Below are positions 10,105 to 19,747 of a stretch of 64,000 nucleotides of DNA, in pieces (position 1 is the first letter of the stretch; the number at the start of each line of letters is the position of its first letter). The notes under the pieces are model-generated. The model did no database searches. It was not told the DNA's origin and saw only the letters and a list, made by a program, of their open reading frames with translations. A program made the position numbers and the translations under genes. The stretch comes from Clostridia bacterium (GTDB lineage: Bacteria > Bacillota > Clostridia > Oscillospirales > Acutalibacteraceae). Location of the stretch: contig JAFSEF010000053.1 in the NCBI GenBank assembly GCA_017435865.1, positions 141,188 to 205,187 of the forward strand. Reading direction: 5' to 3'.

Positions 10105-11532
10105 ATGTTCGATGTTGTCATTATCGGTGCCGGCGTTGTCGGCTGTATGATTGCGCGTGAACTGTCAAAATATAAACTGAAAATTGCATTGCTCGAACGA
10201 GCCAATGATGTCGCCATGGGTGCAACAAAAGCCAATTCGGGTATTGTGCACGCAGGGTTCGATGCAAAACCGAACACGTTGAAGGCCAGAATGAATATCC
10301 GCGGCAATGTGTTGATGGAAGATGTCTGCAAGCAGCTCAATGTGCCTTATCGCAAAAACGGTTCTCTTGTTCTTGCTTTTTCTGAAGAAGAAATTGAAAC
10401 GCTTAAGGAACTTTTTGAAAGAGGCAAACAAAACGGAGTTGAAGGCTTGTCATTGCTTGATAAGGCAGAACTGAAAGCTCTTGAACCGAATATCAGTGAT
10501 GAAGCCATGGGAGCCTTGCGTGCAGAAACCGCAGGCATTGTCTGCCCGTATTCTCTGGCAATTGCTGCCGTTGAAAATGCTGTGACTAACGGTGTTGAAT
10601 TCAAACGGAATTTTGAAGTAACCGATGTCGCTTTTCAGGATGACGTATTTACCGTTTCTTCCGACAATGATTCCGTAGAATGCAGATTTGTTATCAACGC
10701 CGCAGGTTGTTTTTCCGATAAAATTGCCGCTTTGATGGGGGAGGAAGATTTTCACATTGTACCCAGACGTGGTGAATATTATATTCTTGACAAATCTCTC
10801 GGCTCATTGGTCGATCATATCATTTTCCAGTGTCCTACCAAAATGGGAAAAGGAATTCTGGTTTCGCCGACCGTGCACGGTAATCTTCTGATCGGACCGA
10901 GTGCAGATGATGTGGAAGATAATGATGATCTCGCCACAACTGCACAGGGACTTTTTGATGTGAGATCGCTTGCACTTAAAAGTGTTCCCGATGCTGTTAC
11001 CCGTTTTGCAATTACTTCTTTTTCGGGGAACAGAGCACATGATCTGAAGAATGATTTTACGATTGCACCTTCAAAATACAATACTCATTTTATTAATGTT
11101 GAAGGAATTGAATCTCCCGGTCTGACCGGATCTCCTGCCATCGCAGAATATGTTGCAGAGATTCTTTCTTCTATGGCAGATTTGCAGCAAAATGAAAGTT
11201 TTGTAGGCACACGTGAAAAACCTTTCCGTTATCATACCGCAACAGATGAGGAAAAGGCAGCAGCCATCGCACAGAATCCTTTATACGGTCGCATCATCTG
11301 TCGCTGTGAATCCATTACAGAAGGTGAAATTGTGGATGCAATTCATGCACCTGCAGGGGCTATGGATGTTGACGGTGTCAAACGCAGAACAAGAGCCGGT
11401 ATGGGGCGTTGTCAGGGTGGTTTCTGCGGATCTAAGGTTGTTGAAATTCTTGCAAGAGAACTGCAGGTTGAACCGAATATGATCACAAAGTACGGCAAAG
11501 ATTCTGTTTTGCTGTATGAAAGAACAAAATAA
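10105..11532 (+). CDS. FAD-dependent oxidoreductase, anaerobic glycerol-3-phosphate dehydrogenase (GlpA)-like with BFD-like [2Fe-2S] C-terminal domain
   Basis: DVVIIGAGVVGC dinucleotide fold, ANSGIVHAG, and C-terminal CRCESITEGEI...GRCQGGFC cysteine pattern. Confidence 0.8.
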   Translation: MFDVVIIGAGVVGCMIARELSKYKLKIALLERANDVAMGATKANSGIVHAGFDAKPNTLKARMNIRGNVLMEDVCKQLNVPYRKNGSLVLAFSEEEIETLKELFERGKQNGVEGLSLLDKAELKALEPNISDEAMGALRAETAGIVCPYSLAIAAVENAVTNGVEFKRNFEVTDVAFQDDVFTVSSDNDSVECRFVINAAGCFSDKIAALMGEEDFHIVPRRGEYYILDKSLGSLVDHIIFQCPTKMGKGILVSPTVHGNLLIGPSADDVEDNDDLATTAQGLFDVRSLALKSVPDAVTRFAITSFSGNRAHDLKNDFTIAPSKYNTHFINVEGIESPGLTGSPAIAEYVAEILSSMADLQQNESFVGTREKPFRYHTATDEEKAAAIAQNPLYGRIICRCESITEGEIVDAIHAPAGAMDVDGVKRRTRAGMGRCQGGFCGSKVVEILARELQVEPNMITKYGKDSVLLYERTK

Positions 11533-11545
11533 CGGAGGTGCAGCT

Positions 11546-12802
11546 ATGTTGAATTATGATCTTGTTGTTATCGGCGGCGGTCCTGCCGGTATGGCTGCTG
11601 CACTTCGTGCAAGAGATTTCGGTATCAGGGATATCATCATCCTTGAACGTGCCGAAACGCTCGGCGGTATTCTTGAACAGTGTATCCACACCGGATTTGG
11701 TTTGCATTATTTTGGCGAAGAGTTATCCGGACCTGAATATGCAGCCCGTTTTATTGAACTTGTAGAAGATCAGAAAATTGAATATAAAGTTGATACCATG
11801 GTAACGGATGTCACTGAAGACAAAGTTGTTACCGCTGTCAACAAAACAGACGGTTTGCTGAAAATCCAGGCAAAAGCTGTTATCCTTGCAATGGGATGCA
11901 GAGAACGTCCACGCGGTGCTTTGTCGATTGCAGGCACACGTCCTTCTGGGATTATGACAGCAGGTACAGCGCAGAAATACGTTAACCTTGACGGGTATAT
12001 GCCGGGTAAAGAAATTGTAATCCTCGGAAGTGGTGATATTGGGCTGATTATGGCACGTCGCATGACTCTTGAAGGTGCCCATGTCAAAATGGTATGCGAG
12101 CTTATGCCTTATTCGGGCGGACTTACAAGAAACATTGTTCAGTGTCTTGACGATTTCGGTATTCCGCTTCATTTGAGTACGACCGTTATCGCAACCCACG
12201 GAAACGGAAGACTCGAAGGAGTCACAATTGCAAAGGTTGACGATAAACTCAATCCGATTCCGGGAACAGAGGAGTATGTTGCTTGTGACACACTGATGCT
12301 TTCAGTCGGTCTGATTCCTGAAAACGAATTGACAAAGAATATCGGTATCGGTATGGATCGCATCACCAATGGTGCTGTTGTCAATGAAATGCGTGAAACA
12401 GACCATGAAGGTATTTTTGCCTGCGGCAATGTATTACATGTGCACGATCTTGTCGATTATGTCACACTCGAAGCACAGATTGCAGGTGAAGGTGCCGCAA
12501 GATACATACTCGGACAGAAGGCTGCAGCTGCTGAATATCTTACATTGACAGCAGGCAACGGTGTTCGCTACACCGTTCCGCAAAGAGTCAATATCAGATC
12601 TGAAGAATCCGTAAAAGTGTATTTCAGAGTCGGCCGGATTTATAAGAATGCAAAGGTCGTGCTGACTTGTGCAGGGAAAGTTGTTTCTTCCAAAAAGAAG
12701 GTCAAACTTGCTCCCGGTGAAATGGAAAATGTTATCATTCCCAACGAAGTGCTTGCAACACTTACGGTGAATGATGAAATCAAGATTGAAGTGGAGGAAT
12801 AA
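11546..12802 (+). CDS. FAD/NAD(P)-binding pyridine nucleotide-disulfide oxidoreductase family protein
   Basis: YDLVVIGGGPAGMAAA and a second GSGDIGLIMA Rossmann motif. GGAGG before ATG 11546. Second member of the GlpA-like/DUF1667 trio. Confidence 0.78.
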   Translation: MLNYDLVVIGGGPAGMAAALRARDFGIRDIIILERAETLGGILEQCIHTGFGLHYFGEELSGPEYAARFIELVEDQKIEYKVDTMVTDVTEDKVVTAVNKTDGLLKIQAKAVILAMGCRERPRGALSIAGTRPSGIMTAGTAQKYVNLDGYMPGKEIVILGSGDIGLIMARRMTLEGAHVKMVCELMPYSGGLTRNIVQCLDDFGIPLHLSTTVIATHGNGRLEGVTIAKVDDKLNPIPGTEEYVACDTLMLSVGLIPENELTKNIGIGMDRITNGAVVNEMRETDHEGIFACGNVLHVHDLVDYVTLEAQIAGEGAARYILGQKAAAAEYLTLTAGNGVRYTVPQRVNIRSEESVKVYFRVGRIYKNAKVVLTCAGKVVSSKKKVKLAPGEMENVIIPNEVLATLTVNDEIKIEVEE

Positions 12803-12805
12803 GCC

Positions 12806-13159
12806 ATGACAAAAACGATGACTTGTGTTGCTTGTCCTCTCGGTTGTCAGTTGAGTGTTACGCTGGATGGTGACACTGTAGTTTCTGTTACGGGTAACAC
12901 CTGTAAACGCGGCGATGCTTATGCACGTACCGAAATCAGCAATCCTGTCCGTTCGCTGACGACCACCGTCCGCTGTGAAGGCGGCCTGCATCCTGTTGTG
13001 CCTGTAAAAACGACATTACCGATTCCGAAAGACCGCATGTTTGAATGTATGAAGCTTATCAACGAAACGGTCGTGCAGGCTCCCGTTGAAGTGGGACAGG
13101 TGCTGATTCATAATATTCTGGGGACAGATGCGCACGTTATTGCAACAAATAATAATTAA
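12806..13159 (+). CDS. DUF1667 domain protein
   Basis: N-terminal CVACPLGCQL...GNTCKRG pattern typical of DUF1667. 3-nt gap from the upstream gene. Confidence 0.75.
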   Translation: MTKTMTCVACPLGCQLSVTLDGDTVVSVTGNTCKRGDAYARTEISNPVRSLTTTVRCEGGLHPVVPVKTTLPIPKDRMFECMKLINETVVQAPVEVGQVLIHNILGTDAHVIATNNN

Positions 13160-13179
13160 ACCGATTGGAATTGTACTAT

Positions 13180-14580
13180 ATGAAACCTTATGAAATCGCA
13201 GCCAATGCAAAACCGACCGAACGGCAGATCAAATGGCAGCAGACAGAGTTTTATGCTCTTATCAGTTACGGTATGCCGCCTTTTACAAATAAGCAGTACG
13301 GTGACGGTTTTACACCTGCCACAATGTTCTGGCCGGAAGATCTTTCTGCCGAAGAATGGGCACTTGCCGTTAAAAGTGCAGGCATGAAAGCAATTGTGCT
13401 GACTTGCAAACATTACGACGGTTTTTGTCTTTGGCCGACAAAATATACCGATTACAGTCTGAAAAATTCGAACTGGAAAGACGGAAACGGTGATATTGTC
13501 CGTGAAGTTTCCGATGCCTGCAAACGAAACGGACTGAAATTCGGTGTCTACATTGCACCGTGGGACAGACATGAACCCACCTACGGCAGCGGTAAGCCTT
13601 ATGATGAGTTTTTTATGAATCTGTTACGCGAGTTACTGACAGATTACGGTGATATCTTTTGTGTATGGCTGGATGCCGTTTGCGGTGCAGATGAACGCAA
13701 TGTGCAGGACCATGACTGGGCTGCCTACTACAAGCTTATCCGTGAACTGCAACGCGATGCCGCAATTTGCTTCCGCGGACCTGATGTGCGTTGGATCGGC
13801 AATGAACGCGGTGTGACAAGAGAATCCGAATGGAGCAGCGTTCCTGCTCACCTCGGTGTGTATGAAGACGGTACATCCGCAAAGTCAAAATCCCGCAAAT
13901 CAAAAGGTGTTATGGATCTTGATATCGGCAGCCGTAAAGCAATCAAGAATGAAGATGAATTTATCTGGTATCCTGCCGAATGTTCCGTGCCGATCCGTGA
14001 CCATTGGTTCCATGTGGCTGATGATAAGTACGGTATCAAGACCAAGGACAAGCTGTTGAAGCTTTATTACCGTACTGTCGGTGCCAACTGCAACCTGATG
14101 CTCGGTCTGGCTCCCGACAAGCGTGGCAGACTTGACGAAACAGATTTGCAGGTGCTTTCGGCTCTCGGTCACGATCTGAAACTGTATTTCGGTTATAATC
14201 TTGCACAACGTGACGGCACGGTTACAGCTTCGAGTGAATTCAGCAAGCAGTTTGCGGCAACAAATTGCGTGGATGACAATGAGTATGTTTATTGGAAACC
14301 CGCTGATAAAGATAAGAAGCCGTATATCGAAATTGAACTCAAGGAAGCAGACCTTTTTGACAAGGTTGTACTTATGGAAAACATCCGCAACGGACAACAT
14401 ATCGAAGCTTTTGAAGTCAGTTATCTGAATGAAAAAGGGAAATGGAAAAAAGCACTTGAAGGCACTGTTGTCGGTTACAAGCGGATTTGTTGTCTGAAAC
14501 CCACCAAAACCAAAAAAATCCGCATCACATTCACAGAGTACCGTGCTCCTGTAGAAATCCTCAATGTCGCGGTCAACTGA
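13180..14580 (+). CDS. Alpha-L-fucosidase, GH29, with C-terminal F5/8 type C (discoidin)-like domain
   Basis: KHYDGFCLWPTKYTDYS, GVYIAPWD and WLDAV motifs characteristic of GH29. Confidence 0.85.
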   Translation: MKPYEIAANAKPTERQIKWQQTEFYALISYGMPPFTNKQYGDGFTPATMFWPEDLSAEEWALAVKSAGMKAIVLTCKHYDGFCLWPTKYTDYSLKNSNWKDGNGDIVREVSDACKRNGLKFGVYIAPWDRHEPTYGSGKPYDEFFMNLLRELLTDYGDIFCVWLDAVCGADERNVQDHDWAAYYKLIRELQRDAAICFRGPDVRWIGNERGVTRESEWSSVPAHLGVYEDGTSAKSKSRKSKGVMDLDIGSRKAIKNEDEFIWYPAECSVPIRDHWFHVADDKYGIKTKDKLLKLYYRTVGANCNLMLGLAPDKRGRLDETDLQVLSALGHDLKLYFGYNLAQRDGTVTASSEFSKQFAATNCVDDNEYVYWKPADKDKKPYIEIELKEADLFDKVVLMENIRNGQHIEAFEVSYLNEKGKWKKALEGTVVGYKRICCLKPTKTKKIRITFTEYRAPVEILNVAVN

Positions 14581-14615
14581 TTTTTTAATTTGCGGAATAT
14601 TTTTTAAATTAGGTG

Positions 14616-14643
14616 TTGACATTTTCAAAAAGAATGGTATAAT
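14616..14643 (+). promoter_or_regulatory. Near-consensus promoter for tRNA-Ala (TTGACA-16-TGgTATAAT)
   Basis: TTGACA at 14616-14621; extended -10 TG at 14635-14636; TATAAT at 14638-14643, 12 nt before the tRNA 5' end. Confidence 0.7.
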
Positions 14644-14655
14644 AATATCGTTCTT

Positions 14656-14731
14656 GGGGGTATAGCTCAGCTGGGAGAGCGCTTGACTGGCAGTCAAGAG
14701 GTCAGCGGTTCGATCCCGCTTATCTCCACCA
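14656..14731 (+). tRNA. tRNA-Ala (anticodon GGC)
   Basis: Hand-folded cloverleaf: acceptor GGGGGTA/TATCTCC with the G3:U70 alanine identity pair, anticodon loop CTGGCAG, T-loop GGTTCGATCC, and encoded CCA. Confidence 0.9.
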
Positions 14732-14740
14732 AGTAAAAAA

Positions 14741-14766
14741 CCGAGGTTTTATGACCTCGGTTTTTT
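14741..14766 (+). terminator. Rho-independent terminator after tRNA-Ala
   Basis: CCGAGGT / ACCTCGG stem followed by TTTTTT; an A-run lies upstream. Confidence 0.8.
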
Positions 14767-14845
14767 ACTTGGTTCTTTTGTAACTGATATGTTTATTAAT
14801 CATTTATACACAATTTCAAGGGTTAACGCAAGTACCGTGCTACTA

Positions 14846-15460
14846 TTAACCGATTTTCTCAATTTTCTCACCTAATATAACAACTGCTTGATTATCACTT
14901 ATCGTAACCACTTCTTTACCATTGTTCATTAATAAACTGACAGTATCAGAAAATTCTTCGTTGTAATGTGGAATCAGTGCTGATGAAAGGAATGAAAGAC
15001 CTGCTGTATCATCTAGTTTACAGTCATTTTCATCCATGCAAAGAATATAGTTTATGTCAGAAGTTGCAATCACACTGCCTGCACTTATACCAACATAAAA
15101 CAAACCTTTATTTACAAATTCTTTAATTCTAGAGAAATAATTGTTTTCTTTTAGTTTTTTTAGCAAATAAAATGCATTACCACCACAAACATAAATACAA
15201 TCAAATTCAGAATCATTAAAGTATGTTGATACATCATCAGCATCAAACCAAACAATATTATCTTTGTTAATACCAACGGATAAAAGTTCGTTTAATGACT
15301 TCCTTACGAATACTTTTTCATCATCAGTTCTTGAAGCTGTCGGCACAAATAAAATCTTGAGTTCTTTTACTGGTTTTGGTACAAGGGCAATAAATTTTTC
15401 TGCTACCATTTTATTTTCAAGACCAGTAGAGGTCAAAAGGATTTTTTTCAAATAAAACAT
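14846..15460 (-). CDS. Peptidase S51 (dipeptidase E-like) family protein
   Basis: ILLTSTG N-terminus, YVCGGNAFYLL and GISAGS (nucleophile serine context). AT-rich. Start is uncertain: ATG at 15460, or TTG at 15451 nine nt after AGGAG. Confidence 0.7.
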   Translation of the reverse strand: MFYLKKILLTSTGLENKMVAEKFIALVPKPVKELKILFVPTASRTDDEKVFVRKSLNELLSVGINKDNIVWFDADDVSTYFNDSEFDCIYVCGGNAFYLLKKLKENNYFSRIKEFVNKGLFYVGISAGSVIATSDINYILCMDENDCKLDDTAGLSFLSSALIPHYNEEFSDTVSLLMNNGKEVVTISDNQAVVILGEKIEKIG

Positions 15461-15504
15461 CTCCTGTGAATACAAAACATTTAATCGAACATTTGTTCCT
15501 TCTC

Positions 15505-15533
15505 ATTCTAAAAGAATTTCAACTATTTGTCAA
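15505..15533 (-). promoter_or_regulatory. Promoter for the S51 peptidase gene (TTGACA-17-TAGAAT on the minus strand)
   Basis: The reverse complement reads TTGACAaatagttgaaattctttTAGAAT. Confidence 0.55.
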
Positions 15534-15604
15534 CACCTTTTTAAGAAAAGCTAAAAAATATGGTACCAAAGAATTATCTACCTGTCGCCATTTCATAAAA
15601 GATT

Positions 15605-16162
15605 TTATGCCACCTTATCAATACCAACCATAAACTGCTCAAAGTCAATATTAAGCTCAACTTTCAGCTTATACCCTCTGCTAACCTCAACACGTTTAAT
15701 TAAGCAATTAACAATCATTTTTTTCTTTTCAAAACTCGCTTCATCATAAAGCTCCGCCCAAGAAATCAATTCATCAAAGCTGTCAGATAAGTTTTTGAGA
15801 ACACTTTCACCGTCTGCAACATCTTTTTCTGCATCAGTGCATAAGCCAAACAGTCGATTGCACTCTTTCTCTGATTCTGTAATCAATTCCGAAAGAGTAT
15901 CAGCCGAAAAAGAGCTTTCACCCTTAATTGCCTTAATAACTTCCGATTTCAGTATAGTGAGATTTTCAAACTCTTTACTGTAATCCGCTTTCAGCATATT
16001 CAGTCTTGCTTTTCTAACTTCAAGTTCATCGGCATAACGGAGCTTGATTATATCAGATTTTGATACACCTTTCATCTTCCTGAAAATTTCACGGACAATT
16101 TCATCAATCAAATCATCGAGAATGTGCAGAGTGTAACCCGACTGACCGTCACACTCCGTCTG
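15605..16162 (-). pseudogene. 3' fragment of a large serine recombinase gene (coiled-coil/C-terminal region only; catalytic domain absent)
   Basis: The reading frame opens directly after a TAG at 16163-16165 with ...ECDGQSGYTLHILDDLIDEIV, and there is no RBS. Coiled-coil region, and a C-terminus CLIKRVEVSRGYKLKVELNIDF resembling large serine recombinase tails. No resolvase domain is present anywhere nearby. Confidence 0.5.
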
Positions 16163-16245
16163 CTATTCTTGAAATACTTGAATTACTGCAATTTCTAATT
16201 AAATTCTACCTCGATTTTGTTGAAAAAAAGCGAAAAACGAGTACA

Positions 16246-17544
16246 ATGAAAGCAGAGGTGATGTATGTGAATATGTATAAGTTCGGAAACTACATTTGCA
16301 AGTTGCGTGAAGAAAAACATCTCACGCAGGCTGCTCTTGCCAATGAATTGGATGTTTCTGATAAATCGATTTCCAAATGGGAAAACGGACAGGCATTTCC
16401 GAGAATAGAAACTTTGGAAAGACTTGCGGTTGCACTGGATACAACAGTGGAAGACATTTTTTCAGCGAGCAAAGACGGAGTAAAAAGAATTTGCATTGTC
16501 AATGATTTTTATTTTGTAATGCAGATCGATGTTGACGGACAATTGCATTCTATCAGAGCCGATGAAAGCAAATGGATTGAGATTGCCGATAATAATAAAC
16601 CGATTGTGCTGAAGATTACCGGCGATCTCGTAACTGATGATGTGTTCGTAGAATTGGATAGCAGTGCTTCCAACCTGAAAGACAAGTTGATTTTTAAGTT
16701 TGCCAAAAAGGCAACAACAGAGTTGATGAGCATGGTTTTGCAGGTGGATTGTACTTATAAATTATCAAATATAAATCCGGACTCTCTGATTACAATTGAA
16801 CACGACGGTTTTGATCTCGGAGATAAAACATGGATGATGCAAGACTTTCAGATTATGTATCCCAAAATCTCTTGCGATGCCGATGTTGTCGTTGATCTTT
16901 TGGACGCAAAAGGTAAAAACAGCAAAGAAGTTATAAAGGCATATAAAAGATTGGGCTTGCAATCTGATTTAGGCTTGGATTTTATTACGATGTTTCTTGC
17001 ATACCCGTTACGAGGTATTTATTTTAAGCATTTATGCAAGCCGCATGTCTTAAAAAGGAATATTCTGAATGCCGAAAAGCACAAAGCAAATTCCAAAAAA
17101 CGCAAAAAAGGGAAAAGATTCGGTTGCATCAGTGGTTTGTTTTCTGTGATTGCTGTATGCCTGCTTTGGTTTGTTCTGGAAGTATTTGTTTTCTCTGTTC
17201 TTTTTGTGTCATCTGAAAAACCGTATCTGGTGGCGTCGGATTATTCGTCGATAACCTACAAAGACAATGTATATCTCAGAATAGAAGAACTACCGGATTA
17301 TGCATATCCTACAAAAATTTTTGGTGCAACGATCTGGGAAGATTCAAGAACAGACGGACTTACAAAATGGGACCAGTCTATGCAAGGCGATAAAGTGCAG
17401 CTTTTTGAAGATGATGAAGGCAGAGAATATCTCTGGTTGGTTGAAGATTATGTTGATACCGTTCTTGGTGCAAAGGAGAATGGTGATGATAAAGAGTACG
17501 AAGATTTCGATAAGCATTATGTATATGTTTGTGATAATCCATGA
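16246..17544 (+). CDS. Membrane-anchored XRE-family HTH transcriptional regulator
   Basis: HTH motif LTQAALANELDVSDKSISKWENGQAFP. One long hydrophobic segment FGCISGLFSVIAVCLLWFVLEVFVFSVLFV, followed by about 110 aa of C-terminal domain. Start is ambiguous (16246, 16261 or 16273). Confidence 0.75.
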   Translation: MKAEVMYVNMYKFGNYICKLREEKHLTQAALANELDVSDKSISKWENGQAFPRIETLERLAVALDTTVEDIFSASKDGVKRICIVNDFYFVMQIDVDGQLHSIRADESKWIEIADNNKPIVLKITGDLVTDDVFVELDSSASNLKDKLIFKFAKKATTELMSMVLQVDCTYKLSNINPDSLITIEHDGFDLGDKTWMMQDFQIMYPKISCDADVVVDLLDAKGKNSKEVIKAYKRLGLQSDLGLDFITMFLAYPLRGIYFKHLCKPHVLKRNILNAEKHKANSKKRKKGKRFGCISGLFSVIAVCLLWFVLEVFVFSVLFVSSEKPYLVASDYSSITYKDNVYLRIEELPDYAYPTKIFGATIWEDSRTDGLTKWDQSMQGDKVQLFEDDEGREYLWLVEDYVDTVLGAKENGDDKEYEDFDKHYVYVCDNP

Positions 17545-17609
17545 TGTATTTGTTTATCATGCCGAGAGAATCATTGTTTTACAACAGATTATAGAACACA
17601 GGTGATTAT

Positions 17610-18737
17610 ATGAGAAAATATTGGATCAGTACAATGCTTACGATTGCAGATCCTGTTTTGCGAAATCTGGCAAACGGAACTTTACACAGTGCAATCCCCA
17701 AAGAGTTTCATGCGGATCGAAAAAACTATATCATGTTAGAAGCATTTGGTCGCACTGCCTGTGGTGTTGCACCTTGGCTTGAACTTTCTTTGCCCGACGG
17801 TGAAGAAAAAGAATTGCAGGCAGAATACCGTTCACTTATGATCGAGTGCATCCGCAATGCTACCGATTCATCTTCCCTTGATTATATGAATTGGTGCAAT
17901 GACGGCGGTCAACCGTTGGTGGATGCCGCCTTTTTGGCTCATGCAGTTGTCAGGGCACCGCAAAGTTTGTTTTATTCTCTTGACAGCAACACAAAACAGC
18001 GGTTTATTACCTGTCTGAAAGAAACAAGACGCATCGCACCTGCAAACTGCAATTGGTTGTTTTTCTCTGCCATGGTGGAAACCGGACTCTATGTCATGGG
18101 TTCGGACTTTGATTTTGCTCCGATTGATCGTGCAATCGACACATTTAAGAACTGGTATGTAGGAGACGGCACTTACAGCGACGGAATGTATTTTCATTGG
18201 GATTATTATAACAGTTTTGTCATTCATCCCATGCTGCTTGATATTCTGAAGGTGTTCTCTGCAATTCGTCCCGATTATAAAGAATTCTATGAAGTGGCTC
18301 TCAAACGAGCTTCCCGTTATGCAGCTGTGCTTGAACAGCTGATCAACAGTGACGGAACGTATGCTGTATTCGGTCGATCATCAGTCTATCGCTTCGGTGC
18401 ATTTCAATTGTTGTCACAGGCAGCTTTGCAGGAGTTTCTTCCCGATAACCTGCAATATGCACAGGTGCGGTGTGCTTTGAATGCAGTGATTCATAAAGTA
18501 TGTGAGAATGTGAAAATGTTTGATAAAAACGGATTCCTTACACCGGGCATATACGGTTTTCAGCCTTCTTTGGCAGAAGAGTATATCAATATCGGCAGTC
18601 TGTATCTTTGCGAAACGGTTTTTCTGCCTTTGGGACTTGCTCCCGACCACAGATTCTGGACAGATGCCAATGCAGACTGGACCGCGAAAAAAATATGGTC
18701 AGGGCAGAATGTTTGTCGTGATCATGCAACAGACTGA
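17610..18737 (+). CDS. DUF2264 domain protein (glycan-utilisation associated, function unknown)
   Basis: The family assignment is from memory of DUF2264 N-terminal domain sequences (WYVGDGTYSDGMYFHWDYYNSFVIHPML). Needs HMM confirmation. Confidence 0.55.
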   Translation: MRKYWISTMLTIADPVLRNLANGTLHSAIPKEFHADRKNYIMLEAFGRTACGVAPWLELSLPDGEEKELQAEYRSLMIECIRNATDSSSLDYMNWCNDGGQPLVDAAFLAHAVVRAPQSLFYSLDSNTKQRFITCLKETRRIAPANCNWLFFSAMVETGLYVMGSDFDFAPIDRAIDTFKNWYVGDGTYSDGMYFHWDYYNSFVIHPMLLDILKVFSAIRPDYKEFYEVALKRASRYAAVLEQLINSDGTYAVFGRSSVYRFGAFQLLSQAALQEFLPDNLQYAQVRCALNAVIHKVCENVKMFDKNGFLTPGIYGFQPSLAEEYINIGSLYLCETVFLPLGLAPDHRFWTDANADWTAKKIWSGQNVCRDHATD

Positions 18738-18749
18738 AGAAGAAGCAAA

Positions 18750-18783
18750 CGTCGGGAATGAAGAATATCCCGACGTTTTTTAC
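18750..18783 (+). terminator. Rho-independent terminator after the DUF2264 gene
   Basis: CGTCGGGA / TCCCGACG stem followed by TTTTTT. Confidence 0.75.
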
Positions 18784-18844
18784 TTTATAGGAAACTGCGT
18801 TTCCATAAAGTAAAAAATATTGTATGTCCCTCCGAACGCACGCT

Positions 18845-19723
18845 TCACGTGCTCGGAGATGGACGAATCGAAAACGGTCGCCGCGTTACGGCGAAGCCGT
18901 TTTCTTGTATATCTTTTCTGAAAATATCAAGCATATGAATCGACAAGCCTGTGCAGTCCTCCCGTTCACAAAGAACGGACAGAAATTTCATATACTCCTC
19001 AAACTCACGATCACCCAGTTGATCAAATCTGTCATCAAAAAGGTAAGATAACATATCAACACCCACAAAATGCAGTCTTGATACTTTTTTGTTTTGCATC
19101 AGTTTATCAATGTCCGATTTTCTGTACAACTCAAATATTTCCGCAGGGGATGACACTGTATGGTAATCTTCTTTGATCATACCTTTGTCAATATAAGGCA
19201 ATATCCTGTTTGTGTAAAAGAATTTGTATATTGTAGTGTCGTTGTTGCAATAAGAAGCAAAAATGATGCCTCCCTTTTTAGCAATACGAATGGCTTCATC
19301 GAGTGCCTTGTGTTTATCCTCATCTGTAAACAGGTGATACATCGGCCCTAACAGCAAAACAATGTCGAATGATTCATCAGCAAAACAGGACATATCGCAG
19401 GCATTTCCCTGACAGATTGTAATATTATACAGCGGCTTCACTTTTTTCTTCATGATATCAATGTTATGTTCCACCAATTCCACAGCAGTCACATCATATC
19501 CTTTTTCAGCAAGTGCAACGCTATACCGTCCTGTTCCGGCACCGATCTCAATGATTTTAGCTCCCGGGAAAAGGTATTTGTCAATATATTTCATTGTCGT
19601 CAGGTATTCCGGACGTCTGCTTTTTCGCAGCAATCTTCCTTCCTCATCATAATTGTTGTAAAAATCAACAACCGGATTTGTGCTTGTTTTTGTTTTCTTC
19701 CTGAATAGTTCTGAAAGTTTCAT
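18845..19723 (-). CDS. Class I SAM-dependent methyltransferase
   Basis: SAM motif IIEIGAGTGRYS. GGAGGA lies 6 nt upstream of ATG 19723; the track's 19864 start runs through a terminator hairpin. The last ~20 codons overlap a hairpin at 18871-18903, so the 3' end may be extended relative to homologs. Confidence 0.75.
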   Translation of the reverse strand: MKLSELFRKKTKTSTNPVVDFYNNYDEEGRLLRKSRRPEYLTTMKYIDKYLFPGAKIIEIGAGTGRYSVALAEKGYDVTAVELVEHNIDIMKKKVKPLYNITICQGNACDMSCFADESFDIVLLLGPMYHLFTDEDKHKALDEAIRIAKKGGIIFASYCNNDTTIYKFFYTNRILPYIDKGMIKEDYHTVSSPAEIFELYRKSDIDKLMQNKKVSRLHFVGVDMLSYLFDDRFDQLGDREFEEYMKFLSVLCEREDCTGLSIHMLDIFRKDIQENGFAVTRRPFSIRPSPST

Positions 19724-19747
19724 GTGTTTTCCTCCATTCAATATAAA

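Noticed and set aside
18824-19051. 75-aa plus-strand ORF downstream of the DUF2264 terminator.
   Set aside because: It is antisense to the methyltransferase 3' end and has no RBS or promoter.
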